Shown in pieces: positions 28,701 to 42,594 of a stretch of DNA of 64,000 bases. The DNA is from Takakia lepidozioides (lineage: Eukaryota; Plantae; Bryophyta). The stretch covers positions 73,470,001-73,534,000 of the forward strand of contig CM060732.1 in the NCBI GenBank assembly GCA_030704615.1, in the 5' to 3' direction. The notes beneath the pieces are model-generated. The model was given only the letters and a program-made list of their open reading frames with translations. It had not been told where the DNA came from and ran no database searches. Numbering within the stretch: the first letter of the stretch is position 1; every line of letters begins with the position of its first letter. Made by a program: the position numbers and the translations under genes.

Positions 28701-29695
28701 TGTGTACCATTGCAATCCGAGGCCCTCTTCAGGCTTACAATCTTTCTCCATAGATTGCAGGCCCTTCCACCCAAAGGGCTAGTGGCTAGGGCCCTCACAA
28801 CATCTATGAGGCTCAAAGCTGCAGGTTTCAGGAACTCCTGGTATGCTCGAGTGGACAGTTTATTTCAACGTAACGGACTTTCTACTGCTTTCCTATTACC
28901 AATGAACCCAGATGAGGTGGACATCACATCCAGACATGACCGCAACAGACTCATTCGGAGAGAGCTTATGGAATTACATGTCAAGAGAACTTGGATGCTA
29001 CCCAATCTCACGACAAAGCTCCACTTCTATCGAGAGACATTCTTGGTGCTCCGCGATGATAGAATCTTGAGACCAAATTACCTTTCAGCACCCTTATCTC
29101 CTTCCCTCTTGAGGGCATTGGGGCGGTTCAACGAGGCCTTCACCCTTAGACAATCGCTAGAACATTAATTGTGGTTTCTGGATTTGTTCCTCTCTCATGT
29201 TTTCTTCCATTTTGTCCCATAAGCTCTACGAGCTTTCCGCGGACGTTATAAAGCACCATTTCATTTCATTTCATTTCTGATAATTGTACTGTTTCCATCA
29301 TCTGCGCAAAATGCCCACAGGTGTTGGCAGCCCAATCTTGAGACTAGCGTATGTGAACAGAGCAGCTCCTTGCTGATGGGTCGCCTTTGGCATTTGTTTT
29401 GCTCCCAATTGTAACTTCTGGATGAAAATGGAAGGAAAAATGAGTTTGCTTGGGGATTGGATAGAGTGTAAGCAACCAAGTAACCAGTCTGCACACCTCA
29501 CCAGGTTCCTTGAAAATCCAGACATCCGAGTTGTCTGTTTTGATCTGGTTGTCTTCTGCATTTCAGATTCAGCAGCGTTACAAGGCTGCCACAGGTCACT
29601 TGCCTTTCATTTTTGAAGGCTCATCAATGGGAGCTGGCCAATTTGGACATCTTCGTATCCGTCGGCGGGTCCATCCAACAAAACTTGCTAACTAA
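13769..29695 (+). CDS. ARA1: L-arabinokinase (glycosyltransferase-like N-domain + GHMP kinase), 29 exons traced
   Basis: Motifs in order: [18 protein letters not shown] (13769-13876); [10 protein letters not shown] (18046); [22 protein letters not shown] (21073-21156); WAAYVAG (23329); [11 protein letters not shown] (23655-23742); [14 protein letters not shown] (24429); [11 protein letters not shown] (26731-26937). The last exon 29567-29695 ends in stop. Introns are GT-AG. Confidence 0.95.
19757..20095 (+). mobile_element. Possible solo LTR in an ARA1 intron
   Basis: Bounded by TGTTAG...CTAACA with an internal AATAAA (~20042). No matching TSD seen. Confidence 0.3.
20298..20705 (+). mobile_element. 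5'-truncated RTEX-type LINE (3' end)
   Basis: [18 protein letters not shown]...CPAC...[13 protein letters not shown] is the C-terminal Zn-finger region typical of RTEX/RTE-related LINEs. It ends in a (CATTT)n tail. Confidence 0.8.
22449..22749 (-). mobile_element. 5'-truncated RTEX-type LINE, same family, antisense
   Basis: [22 protein letters not shown]...AFTLRQSLE, near-identical to the 20.3-20.7 kb copy; (GAAAT)n tail at ~22449-22467. Confidence 0.8.
27043..29277 (+). mobile_element. RTEX-type LINE, 5'-truncated and frameshifted reverse transcriptase, in the last ARA1 intron
   Basis: RT motifs [35 protein letters not shown] and LLYADD are spread over several frames. The 3' UTR matches the other two copies, with a (CATTT)n tail. 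Candidate TSD TTTCTGA at 27036-27042 and 29274-29280. Confidence 0.85.
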
Positions 29696-30836
29696 TATTT
29701 TTAGATGGGGTCATACCCCGCTAGTAAAAATAATTTCCTTCCATGGAGCGAGAAGAGAAAAGAAGAGGCATTGTTAGATCCAGTTTTATATCACCATTTT
29801 CAAACAGGGAGGTTGCGACTCTCAACTTAAAGGGCTCAATAGGGCCTGCTAGTTCGGCGCCAAAGAGAGCTACTGTCTGCAGTGCTCCCAGGCATTGAAG
29901 AGCATTAGGACTACAAGCAATGTGGATATGATGAATACTACCATTGACACCACTATGATCATGATTTAGAGAGGGTTGACTTTCATATCCGGTTTCTGAG
30001 TGTGATTTCTGAGTGTGATAATTAATAGGACGTTTTTTTACTGGGATGTTAAACTTTGGCTGTGTGTCGAGCAGTAGGCTCTGTACATTCACTGGACGTT
30101 AAACAGACTTTCTCCTGCTTTCTTTACTTGTAGCCACTTGGATGCCCGACTCACAGGGACATTGCCAAGTTCAAAGGAAATACACCACCTCTGGGGAGGT
30201 ATACCCCTCTCAAGCTTCACTTGCAGTGCTGAAGGGGAGTTTTTGGTGGATCAGATACTTTTTGCCTTGCAACCAACAGCATTGGCTTTAGTGGAGACTC
30301 TTGCACAGTAGGTCTCAGACTGAAGATCTCTACATGAACATGCACAAGTTGACCACATAGAAAGTCATGGTGCAGGCTTCTTGTAAGAGATGGTGCTGGT
30401 CAAAACCATGATACCAAACCTAACTGGTGCTGTACTTCCACGGGTGATACACAGTCAATCCAAACAAACGCCGACCACGCCCAGGTTCACTTTTGGGAAA
30501 GAGTGGACACATCAATAAATATATACGAGAAGAACCCATATTAAGGCTGCTCTGGCTGTGCAGACAACATGCAACTTCTCAATCACAGTGGGTTGTTTCT
30601 TCTATTCATCACTGTCCTTGTATGCAACCCAATTTCCACTGCTGATATTCTGATGTAGGGTACATAGCTACTCACCGCTACCACAGTAATGACACGCTGT
30701 GGTGGACTGTACAGGGGCATGAACACTACCTTTAAACACTCTTATGTGCCATTGCTTAGTCTCGACAAAATGGTGCATCACAATTTATCAATCAAATTGG
30801 CACTCCCACAGACTCACCTCGACTACTCGTAACTGA

Positions 30837-33800
30837 TTAGATATGCTGCCAGTTCATTTTCCCCCATGGATGCAACTGACCTCCCCTCACTTGTATTTCC
30901 TCACGCGAGTGCTGCAAATTGGGGCGCTGCTGCAAAACTGCAGTAACAGGTCCCACCAGTGTGGCCTGAGATGAATGGTACCTTCCTGGTGACCATGAAG
31001 CAATATTAGACTGTCCTTGCTCACTCAAGGAAGGAAGAGCGTGGCATGCAGCTATAGCAGGCATAGGGTCCCAGCCTGGGAATGCACGATAGGTACCATT
31101 TTCCAAAGCCTCGGGCTTTCCTGCTACACAGTCAGTACCGGTCTGCTGCTGCTGTTCCCATTGTGACAGCGAGCCTGTGACCTCCCTGCTATCACTAGGA
31201 GCTCTCTGGAAAGCAGTAGTTACAGCTGGATTCCCGCAAGCTTCTGAGAAACCCCCACCCCCAAGTACTGAGTTATTCCAGGAACCTGGAATGCGCCCAG
31301 CATCTGGCATAGTGGAGGTCCACTTTGGAGGCTGGGGTGGCCAGAAAGGTACCATCTCTGAAAGGAGAGCAGGAGGTGATATGGAGGAGGGAAACAATGG
31401 TGGCCGTAGCATATGATGCTCGGATGCTGGGGTTAGATGTCCCGCCCCTTGATGGAGTGCATTCAGCTCCAGTTGGTGTCTATGCTGCTGACAGTGACCC
31501 TGCCCAAGATGCAGTTCTTGTTTAGCAGGCACTGCAAATTTATAGCTCACTTGCTCCTGGTTGGGTGTATGTACAAGTGCTGTTGCACTCTGACAACTAC
31601 GCTGAATTACTTTCGGTTCACAAATTGGTTGCCTTGTCATCCCATTGTCAGCAAAGGACAGCCTAGTCGAATGATTATCTGATGGAAGGTTAAATTTCGT
31701 CTGAGATTCACAAGCTTGCACAGAAAATGGAGGTAGAAGAGCAGAGATTTCTCGGCCACTGCATTGCCCCTCACAAAGATCTTCCTGACTTAGTTGGCAC
31801 CGATTGCCATTGCACTGTGACGACTTGGATGACAAACTGTGCAAGTGCAAATCCTCATTGGAATGTCGTAACCTGTCCTTGGTTTCACTACTTCTGTAGT
31901 CTGGATGCACGCCTGCGACTTTTCCCTCGGAGAAATGGTGTGGAATCAGTTCGCAATGCATACCATTGGGCTGCGATGCCACAAATGATGGACCGTGCAA
32001 ATGCAAATAATCATCCGAATGTTGTAACCTGTTTTGGTTTGCACCACCCCTTCTATACTCAGGATGTACCATACCTCCAGCAAGCAGCCTGGTACTATCC
32101 TGCACAACAAGGGCACCAGCATCTGGGAAGCACTCTCTGCTGGGAGGGGAATGGAACTTCATATCCAGGGCATTTGCTTGTCCTGAGTCCTCTCTCCACA
32201 AACCACCCCTTACAGGTCCCATGGCTGCTACTCCCTGCTTATCCTCCCACTTAGATGCACCCTTCATCACATGGATAGTGTCATATACTTTTGCAGCTGA
32301 CTCTCGTCGCTGCATTGAGGAACGCTCCTGCAAATCAGGACTGGCATTTGCCTGTATCTGCTGCATGGCTGGCACATCATAATCCTCAGGCACGATCACA
32401 CTTTCATGTTCCCTACTGTCGTGGGCTAAGATTGGCTTCCAGGAGCTCTCCTCCTCCCTTTTGGATGTCCGAGAGCCACAACTATCGAGACCCTGCTGGG
32501 CACTAGGCTGGCTTACTGTATGTCTGCCCTGCACCATCAAATGCTCCTCACTGGTTCCAGTCATTTTTATGTGTCCCCTAGTATAATTGCACTGCTCAAA
32601 AGCACCTGAATGTGGGGCATCCACAACTGCTAAGGGTTCAAGAGACCCACTGCCTTCTGCTGCAGACTTCGTACACACTGCAGTGTTGACCTGCTGTTCA
32701 ACTGCTTTCCGGTCCAAAGGTTCAGCTTCTTTGCCTCCATGCAGAGACCCCTCCCTGTCTGAACCAAGATGGCCCTTACTCTGCAATTAAACAATAGGAA
32801 ATGAATGATGTACTGTTACGCTTTGGCCTTGTGGTTAAAGTACATCAATTTTCCAGCATCGGTAGTGTACTGGTCACAATGTACAAAGAAACCCCTACTC
32901 AAATACAAACATTGGTCAGTGCCAATCCCTCCTAACCTGATCATCACCATTCTCCAACATTAAGTATGTGCAGGGTCTTACCAGAGAATTAGGGAACAAC
33001 ACAAGGGGCAGTCGGTGCACACAAAGCTGAGCAACTAATAGTGCCCGCCCTGCATGCTGAACCTTCCTTTTTAAGAAGAGAGCATGTGCCAACGGAAGCT
33101 CCTTCATGACCCCCATCTTCCTGCAATCATAATGCAACAACTCATTGAGATCCCTTTGACCTTCATCATGTTCAAGTGGGACAATCTTCACAAAGGACAA
33201 AATAATACAGCAGGCAAATCGATTATGCCTGGACCCAATACAGGGTAGGCTGAGTGCACTGCTGTGATTTAGGAACTCTGGCGCCACCACATGGGAACAT
33301 GCAAGAACTGTACGGAAGTCCTAAAGCATACCAGACCAAGCAAGTCCCAATTTGCTCACCATAGCAGAATCTCTGCCCTCTAGGGTAGAAGCAAAAGATG
33401 TCACATAGGACACCTGAGCTTATTTACAGCAACCATCATAGGCATACTAGTGATATCAGTGCATGAGACTATCCACAACCCTGTAACCGTCAAAATAAAT
33501 ATTGGAATTGATCAGAAGGGAGAGAGGGCTACCAATGGTACTGAAGTGCATCACTGCATGGGCGTGCCATACTGGTTGTAGTCCTCACGACACCTTGCAA
33601 TAACTCCAAGGAAAGCTCCTCCCCAGCTTCTTTCTTCCGCAAAATGGAAGCAAACAGTTCTCTATTCACCTGCATCCACCCCACAGGCCTGTCGTATAGG
33701 CCTCAATCGAAGACAACCGTCCCTTGCACATTGCAACTGAGAAATGGAAGACACCCACCTGAACAATTAGCATGAACAACATATTTGCTTGAATGAGACA

Positions 33801-36114
33801 TCAAAAGTACAGCTTCCATTGAGTTGTGTGCCCACATACAAAGCAAGTACTAACCTTCACTATGCCCACTTCCTCTGTCAGCTTCTCACAGGTGCCTGGA
33901 CCCCTCATGGAACCAACAGAGTTACCTCGAGACCCCTCGGACAAAGCAACATAAGCGGCATCATCTGCCTGTCGTACAGCATGTTGAGGTCCACTAACCT
34001 TCCGCCTCTTCCAGCTCTGCCTTCAATTTAAAACAAACACAAACGAAAAAATAACAATCAATGATTTCCTCATGGAGACACCATTCAAGAGAAAGGCCCT
34101 CCTTCATTTCAAGTAAGCTGTAATCATCATGACAGTACATGGACAGCCTGGACCACTAAAGGGGAAAGAATAAGTTTGTAGGAAGAAACCAATTTCCACT
34201 AGTGAATCTTGTGAACAACACAGCAGGGAATGTCAAAATGACTTGTCCAATATGACTTCCCAAATCTAGCTTCTATGAGTCCTGTATCCATGGCTCATGG
34301 AATAACCACCCCCACGACCTTAAGCTTACAAACACATGTGCAAAGACACACCACAATGTATTAGCAAAAGCGGAATGATCAATTATTTTTTCCTGTCATC
34401 AAAATCCAATGTCCATTCAATACCCTTTTGTTTCTAACTTTCAAAAGCTAAACACACAAAGGGACCTCTCCACTGTTTTCACAATCCGCAAAAGATAGTA
34501 GTGATGGAAGGTACCTGGAATCCTGCCGACTGCCTGTGTTTTCAGAGCCTCCCTCATCGTGTTGTGAGTCTTCCTCTCCACCTCCAGAATGAGCAGCTTT
34601 GTTACTTGAGACCCACTGAGCATCCACTGGTAGTCGACTCGCAATCGGCTGCTTGTATATGCTCAATTTCTTCACCCATCTGTGCAAGCTCAGACACTGA
34701 TCAAACTGTGCAAACCTATTATGAAGCCGCTAACACTCCTGATGACACAAGTGGGAGAACAGCAGCACGACCTGGTGAATTAATTCCTCCAATCAAAAAC
34801 ACCTGATTCCCAGGCCATAGAATGAAGAGGAATGTGTGTGCACAGTGGAATACCTTTCAATCTCCCTCCCAGAGTCCCTGCGTGCTCTCCAGATTGCCTC
34901 CAACTTATGTGATTGTTGGAGGATGCTGCAAAACCATCAGAATAATGAATATCACTTTAAATTTGTGATTTAGATCTGACCTTCAAATAGGACAATGCTA
35001 GCTATGGTACAGTAGCATCATACTTAGCACCCATCCATAAGAAGATGACAAAGACCTGAGACATTAACCACTATCCAGAGACAAAGGAAATTCACACTCA
35101 CTTGCCATGATAGCTTTGCAATTCTCGAGTATAAGCTTTTCTGTTCAGCCGAAACTCAAAGTCTCTCGCAATCACAACATCCGGATGCATGGCACCATCG
35201 CATAATAGAGCACTCCTGCATCCAGCATGGAATGTTTACTGTATTAAAGGATAGTGCAGCATGGGACACTCCCTAGCCTTGGTTTCCTTGATTGTACAGC
35301 ATGGGTGCAACAGTCGGTAGGGACATGTGAAACACCTTCAAATCGAAAATTACAGAGAGACAAAGACAAGCAATCATCAAATTATGAGAAGCCTTTGAGA
35401 GTCCTATGGTCAACATCATCACGTATTAGCAGGAATGCAACCAAATCAAGACATTACCATGCATCAAGAGGGTTCTCGAAACAGAAGTTTTCTCCATTGA
35501 GCAATGAGCTCACCACTGCTTCTCCATTGATTTCTTTTGGAAGATACCGAGATAGACATTGCCTCTCTGATTCTGACAGATATGTCTTCCACACCTGTAA
35601 AAACAGCACAGGTTTTCATTTTGGACAAACAGTTGTTGACAACCCTTCTCATTTCTTAGAGCTAATTAGAAACCAATCTAACAATCTAACCAATCTAACA
35701 TGCCCAAATGTCAAACAAGTACTTTCCAATAACACAGTCAATTCAAAAGAATGGAAGTGCGCAGCAATTCCTTAGTACCTCAACTGATAGCACATTCTTC
35801 AGATCCTTGAGCTCAAACAGTCCTGTAGGAACTTCAAATGCGTCTGCAAGACCAGTGCGCTCGTGATAATATGTTGGCGATGGTGAAGAGGTAGAGAGAT
35901 GGCGCCATGAAAGGCCAACCTGCATTTTCTGTGCCACCACTTTCTGCTGGGTATCGTCCCATTCTAGTGCTACAGTCGGCCTCCACTTGGCAAAGCTTCT
36001 TTTCTCCACCAACGTACTGCTCATTCCAACTTTAGACACCACGCCCTTCAGATTATTGTGTCTTGCCATCATGCCATCATCTAGCCGTGCTTGAGGCACC
36101 ACTTTCGGACCTCT
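30837..36114 (-). CDS. NFRKB-related protein (DEUBAD/ASX-homology domain, long disordered C-terminus), multi-exon; start uncertain
   Basis: Exons LEWDDTQQKVVAQKMQVGLSWRHL...LFELKDLKNVLSVE (35778-36114), VWKTYLSESERQCLSRYLP...LLNGENFCFENP (35457-35595) and LCDGAMHPDVV...ELQSYH (35100-35216) match my recollection of the plant nuclear-factor-kappa-B-binding-like family. A large terminal exon runs ~32780-30837. Confidence 0.75.
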
Positions 36115-37519
36115 CTGACTTAATTACGTTGTGGGAATTTGAAATACCCCACGGCAAGGGAGAGACAAGCTACCGCATATTGTCCCTACCGTATGAAAAC
36201 AAGCGGACCTGCAAGACTCCAACCAGGGCACCCTCCAACCAGGGCGCCATCGTTCACAACCATGAACTGCCTGAAATTCCTGACTAGATCAAGAAACGTG
36301 GCCGATTTTGGGAGGGAGAACGGATACAATATGAGGCCTCTCGAAGGATGCATGCATCCTAGTGCAAACTGTATACCAACTTACCAACTAGAATCAAGTT
36401 GCAAGCACTGGCGAGCAAACCATCCTCTTCGCTTCGGATTTAGCTGTGCCTATCAAGTCACCCCAAGAAAAGCTCAATCTATATTCTTAACCCCACGACC
36501 CAATAAAAGAAAAAGAAAGCACGGATTGATTGATGATCCTTCGCAGCTTCCACACCTCGTCTGTGCACTCTCCGCCATGGCCAACGCTGCGCACCACACT
36601 TACCCTGCCTGTTTGAGCAACCCCATGAAAATAAAGTGAATGCTAGATATGCTGTGCTCTGCGCGGCACATGGCACCTAATTACAGTAGTAACAGGTGGG
36701 TTACGTTGGGGGAGGCCTAAGCACATGCCTCACAAATGCTCCATCGCTGGGATGCACAGACCCTGCTGCTGCTGCCTAGTCAGGCGCAGCCATGGCAAAC
36801 ATGCGCGCAAGGCGTTCGCAACACACAAGCAGCCCAGTCACGGCTTTGTGCTTGTCCTCGCTGTACGATGTGGACTCCATTGCACAAATGCAAGCTGCGC
36901 TGTACAGACGAGCTTGCATGCTGCGCAGAGCATCTGCAGCTTCTCCCATCGTCCACTCTCCCATCGATCTCTGCGCATTTTATTTTGGTGGCTGCTCTTC
37001 ATCATCCCTGCCTTTCATCTTCTGCAATAAATCCGCTGTACATTCGATTTGCCATAATTGACTTGCATTCCTCGCTCACCCCCTGACACGCATCTGTTGT
37101 ATGCATCTGCACCCACATTAATACTATGTACTCCCTATTCACTCCCTATTCTCTGGCAAAATCTTGCAACTCGTAGTACCCAGTTCGACATTCCGTTGAG
37201 AAACATGAATACGAAATGGAGGGAAGCAGAAAATGGATTGATGATCCTGTCAGCTACTTATATATATTCACAGAGAGGTGGGTGAAAACTGGTGACTTTG
37301 GGTTCAAATCCCTCATAGATGTATTGTGGCGGTGATGGCATCCTTGATCCTCATCACTAGATCTCCACATCAGCTTCATAATAGCTTGTACAGATTCAAC
37401 GTGGGCTCCACAGTGCAGGGGCCCGACCAAGTGCCTGGATTCTGAGCTTTGCTGGCATACTGTGGAGCCTCCATCTTCATCTCTAGCCTACCATACGGAT
37501 AGCTCAAATATGACGGGAG

Positions 37520-38625
37520 ATGCCAGAGCTTCAGTCGTTTACATACTGTGCTAGGATTGCTATGGCATTTTTAGTTGTGATGCAGGGCAGGAACATACGG
37601 ATGGTAGTATTCTGTGGCTACGATGCAGGCATGTCTTGTGAAAAACGTGAGAAATTCGAAGGTACATTCGTCCAGCAATTCATGATGTCTGAGCAGGAGC
37701 AAGGATACAGTTGGCGTGAACTTCCTGGAAGTCCACAGTCTGATGAGGCCTGGGTTTCTGATCACCGTCTGTCAAGCGAATATATGGAGGTAGTAACTTT
37801 CAGAATGCGGAGAAATGTAGACAATGAGCTGCAGTCATCACAACAGCTTGAAGGTAACATGTTTGCAGAAAGAGATACGGATTGAGCGCGAGTCTGGTGT
37901 ATCGCACCCCCAAAGCAGAAATTGGTGCAAGGATGGCTGTTCTTGTACGTAAAATTGCCGCCTCTCACATCTTGAAGTTTCTTCAGGTTATTGCTCATTA
38001 TTTTGCCACTAAGCTGTTTGCCCCGGGAACAAGCATTCCACCAGACTCCCAGCATTTGAATTTGGTCATAGAGATTGTGGATTGTGAGCTACCCAAGTTG
38101 CAACAAGTAAATGGCATTTGGAGCTTCTCCTGGTCTCGGTCATCATCCTACTTTTGCGAAAATCTATATTTTGCTTAGGCCAGTCATGTGCTGAGGGCTG
38201 GTCAATTCAAGGAAGCGTAGCCACCACTGATCTGCTTAGAATGCGTACATGGAGGTCCTGAAGGAACACTGGTGTAAAGAGTCTTCCTGCAGCAAAGAGT
38301 GTTCTACAGGTTGTTTTCTTGGCTGGCACGGAACAAGTTTGCTTGTCTTTTTGCAGCTCCTCTATTCACTGTTTGGTCCAATGCATGGGAACAGCAGGAG
38401 CTCTCTACAGCTGGAGTGGATGTGCTTGAGCAGTGTTTCTTGTCGATTTTATTCCAGGTGAAGCAAACTATTACAGCATATCTGTTGGTCCATAGATAGA
38501 AACCCTCAAAATCCTTGAGTGGTGTCGAAGTAAGGGGACCTCACGGAGATGGCAGAGTTCAAGCTGTCCAGAATGTTATACTACGCAGCCGTGTTGGACA
38601 CTCATCTCATATGGAGCTTGTCCTG
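37520..38625 (+). CDS. Possible spliced coding fragments of unknown function
   Basis: Coding-like segments end at donor-like sites (CAA|GTAA ~38106, CAG|GTGA ~38457, CTG|GTGAG ~38625). No family recognised. Confidence 0.25.
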
Positions 38626-40235
38626 GTGAGGTTTCTTCTCATTGATAGTACGTTACAGTTTGCTAATAGAAGAATATGCCAGTGCTGGTGGCCATGGGTG
38701 CATACTTATGTTGTCTGGTTATGTACGTGGGATTGCACGAGGGTATACTGCTGCGTCGTTCGTTTGTTTTGTAAGAGGTAAGATTCTTACCCGAGGACGA
38801 AATCGCTTTTAACGTGCATATGCTGATTTTCGCCAACTGTGTGGAACTCTAACAAAAGGTGCATTCCTGCCAAAGCAAATAGAAATTATGGTGTCTATTC
38901 ACCTGTAGGTATGACGTGTGGAACTTGCAGTCTTATATCCCTACCACCCATCACAAGCCCCCTCAGACTAACCACTTCCTACAAATCATCTCGCGAGAGA
39001 TATTTGACAGATGATGCCAATACATGTTCGGGGCTGTACAAGAGCAGTACAAGAGCAAAACCCCCAACAACAACCCCCACAGTTGTTCTTGCTCTGAAGT
39101 CATTACCTTTCTCTGGCACTCATGTCCATAAGGGAGCAAGGAAGCAAACATTAGTACTAAAATGAGCATCTTTCTAAAGGATCTGTCAGACATAAAACCA
39201 CATCAAGACAGAATTTGACCTGTTGAGCAACATCTTGAAGCGAAAATGGAATCCCTGACCTCAATCACTAAACCCACAATACACAACATGAACAAGAAGT
39301 TATTCAAAAGCCCCAATGTAAAATACCCCATGGATCCCTGTCAACAACCACACTGCTTGCAGCCGATTTAGATCCCAAGAAGTCATAAAAGGGATGTCCA
39401 AGTGTTATAAAGCAATAGATGATGTCATGTCATTATTCTCTGTAGTGACCTGTAGACATATATGTTCACTGGTGTGAATTAGCCAAAAGCTACACAGAAG
39501 AATGAACTCAGACTTCAACATAGAAACGGTTACCTGACAAACAACTACACAGAACAAAGCACTACTCAGATAGACTCAAAAGGCAAACAAAAAACATTCC
39601 TGACACTTCACTTTGTTTGCAACTCCAAATTTAGATACATCCCAAATCCTGTGTCCGGCTTGAGAGGATAATCCTTCTAACCCTTAGTTGTGAATAGGTA
39701 ACCCAAGTCCCTAAAAAATATAACGTCAACCAAAGGTGGCAGAACATCTAACAAGGTCTCCTTGAGCAGGGTGGCTATTTGCATGTGGGGCCGCATGGAA
39801 GTTGCCTAAAGAGGTTCTAGAATGGAGAGAGGGAGGCTGTTGTAGAGGTGCGGCGAGGTTAGACTATAGCCAAAGAGGGAGCACAGGGTGGGATAGGTGT
39901 ACATTGAAGAGCGGCAGGGTGGAAGGGGCAGGCCCCAAAGTTAGAGGTATTGCAGCAGGAAGGGGTTGGTGGCAGGGCAATAGAAAAGGATCCGCCAGAG
40001 TTGGAGTTGGTGACCATATGTTTTAGGTGATGCTTTCTACATTATCTCTAGTCTCTCTCAATGGCCAGGAAAGTTATGGCTTGGTTAAGTTATTATTTTG
40101 TGAATGTGTCAATTGAACAGGGTTGCTTGAAGTTCTGGTGCAAAGTTAGATTTGGTATTTTCTTTCAAGAAGTCTTCATAATCTTCCGAGCATCATGATG
40201 TTGCCTCGTTATCATACCGTCCGACAATCAGACAG

Positions 40236-40668
40236 TCCCTGGACAACGGATTAGGCATTTTTGCGCCTAATAATAAAATCAATCAATTAGAAAATTAGGC
40301 ATGTTTTGAAAACATTTTCTCAAATTAGGCATCTTCATGCTATAGTTTTTTAGAATTAGGCACGTGAGAAGAGAAAACATTTATTTTCTTAAGAATAAAA
40401 CTACAAAATAGACACCCAATGCCCTTCCAGGCTCCAGCTATCTTTCATTTCCTTTGAAACCCTAAAAATGCCCCTCTTTGTTGTACGCGGTGCTTAGGCA
40501 AGCTCTCCCCTTCGCTCTCACACTTTAGGTGAGTTCAATATTCGATATGGAATTATTTCACTTTGGTCCCATAATATCCCAACAATTAGGCCAAAATCTG
40601 AAAAATTCACAGAATTGATTAGGCAATTTCATTTTGAGTTAATTATCGCCTAATCCGTTGTCCAGGGA
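40236..40668. mobile_element. MITE-like non-autonomous DNA transposon (possibly hAT-derived)
   Basis: Perfect 21-bp TIR TCCCTGGACAACGGATTAGGC (40236-40256 / 40648-40668). AT-rich interior with repeated TTAGGC motifs. No TSD found. Confidence 0.75.
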
Positions 40669-40788
40669 TTTTATGGTGACTGACAAATTATATGTTGACC
40701 CTTTTTTTTTATAATGTGGCACTATCTGGACAATGAGATTTCTGCTCAAAATTAGATCTCCAACACACTTTGTTGTATCTGAAACAAG

Positions 40789-41857
40789 GTTGTTTGTTTG
40801 TTTGTTTTGTTTTGTTTTGGAGCGTTGAGTGCTCCCAAACCGTGGGCCCAACCCTGGTGCTTGGTGTTGTTGGAAAGCCCTGGATGAAGAGGGTGCACTG
40901 ACTTGGTCTCATGATTTTTGGACCTGCGGTGTGGGAGATGTGGAATTTCAAGTACTTTCGGTAGCTGGAAATTCACAAAAAATAGCAAAGTGGGCTTTCC
41001 TAGGACAATGATTGGATATATTACTACTCAATAGATTAATAAAAAAAAAATTGGTTCTTTCTGGAATAGGAAATGAATGTATAGTATGTGCTCGACGAGA
41101 GAGTCCACAATATGAATGTTCACGTACTATCCAAGTACTTAGGTATGTGCCCCGAAAGAAATAAGATCTACCTAAGAATTCCATAGAAACCCATCAATAT
41201 ATGGCCTCTCATTTTAAGATAATAGCATCTTCAATGCGTCTATGGGCCCCGCCACCCATGGGGATAGCTCCCATGGGGATAGCTCATAAGCCACCATAAG
41301 CACAGGGTCCACCCTAGGGTCCATTTGGATAGTCTAGTATGTCTGCTGGAGGGTCTAACTAATGTTTTATGTGCATTACCAGTACATGTTTTATGTGTTT
41401 TATGGGCCGCAACAGACTGGCTTGCTCGGCAGCAACAGAATAGCTTGCCCGGCACACCCAGCAGAGACCCAGCAAACCCTCCAACAAACCCTCCAACGGG
41501 TAGGGGCGATCCCACCCTTCACAACCCCTCTGTCGGCCTTGCCGCAGGCACATGGGTCCGCATTGTTTTTTCCAATTTTTCACAAATGTGCCTCGACATA
41601 GGAGACGCACTGGGACACATACGAGATTGCGCTTGGGCTTAGAAGGGCCTAACGTAGGAGACATACATGGATACACTTGGTCTTAGATTTCCATTCTTCA
41701 CACATGGGCCAATGCCACATGCTACCGACTTGTTCTCATAATTTTTGGACTTGCGGTGTGGGAGATGTCGAATTTCATGTACTTTTGGTTGCTGGAAATT
41801 TGTGAAAAATAGCAAAGTGGGCTTGATTGGATATATTACTACTCAATAAATTATAGA
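40789..41857. repeat. Degenerate repeated non-coding element that was the target of the L1 insertion (continues at 62852-63075)
   Basis: 40915-41061 resembles 41741-41857 joined to 62859-62879. 40789-40912 resembles 62895-63005, and 41670-41730 resembles 63020-63075. Confidence 0.6.
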
Positions 41858-42594
41858 GGGAGATGGCGCTCCGGAGAGACCCCCAACGGTCTCTTCGTCT
41901 CTCACGATTTCTCCTTCCCTTTCACGATTTACAGACTAGATCCTTAGCTTCATGGTTATCACATTATGTGAAACATTCTCCACGATTCAAGCTGCATTTC
42001 AATAGGCTATTCTCATATGTTCAATGCTATTTTCTCAGGACTACAACATCTTTTCATGATTTCTGTCTTTTCGTGAAATCTTCATCCTTCCTCCTTTAAT
42101 CCCAGTCTCGTGCAGGCGGCGCCCCTACCCAGTCCTCTCCTAGGAATGACGGCTAATGAATAGTCTGGCCAGCTAGTTTGCCGCCACTTTTACCTCATGG
42201 CTTTCTGACATTTGTCCCAACTCTCTCCCTCTCTCCCTCTCTTTCCTTTCTCAGCTAAATTCTCTACGTATTCGTTCCTCGCCTCTTTGCGCTTTCGTTT
42301 TGCGTTCTTCTCTTCTGGTGTTTTGCTTTCAGTACGATCAGTTCCTTCCCTCTGCATTATAGGTCCCAACGGATATGTCGCTCCTAGATCGAAGGATAGT
42401 ACATGGATTCATCACCCCTCCGCCCCTACGCAGAGGCAGCACAGGAGCTTCGCTCCCTCATCGGGTACAAGGTTCTTTCTGGCTCATCAAGCGCTATCGA
42501 GGTATGCTAGAGGGGCTGAAGTAATGAGACACCCATCCCTCAGGCCTTCATCCTCTTATGTTGACACTCCATCCCCTCCCCTGCCCCTTCTAAA

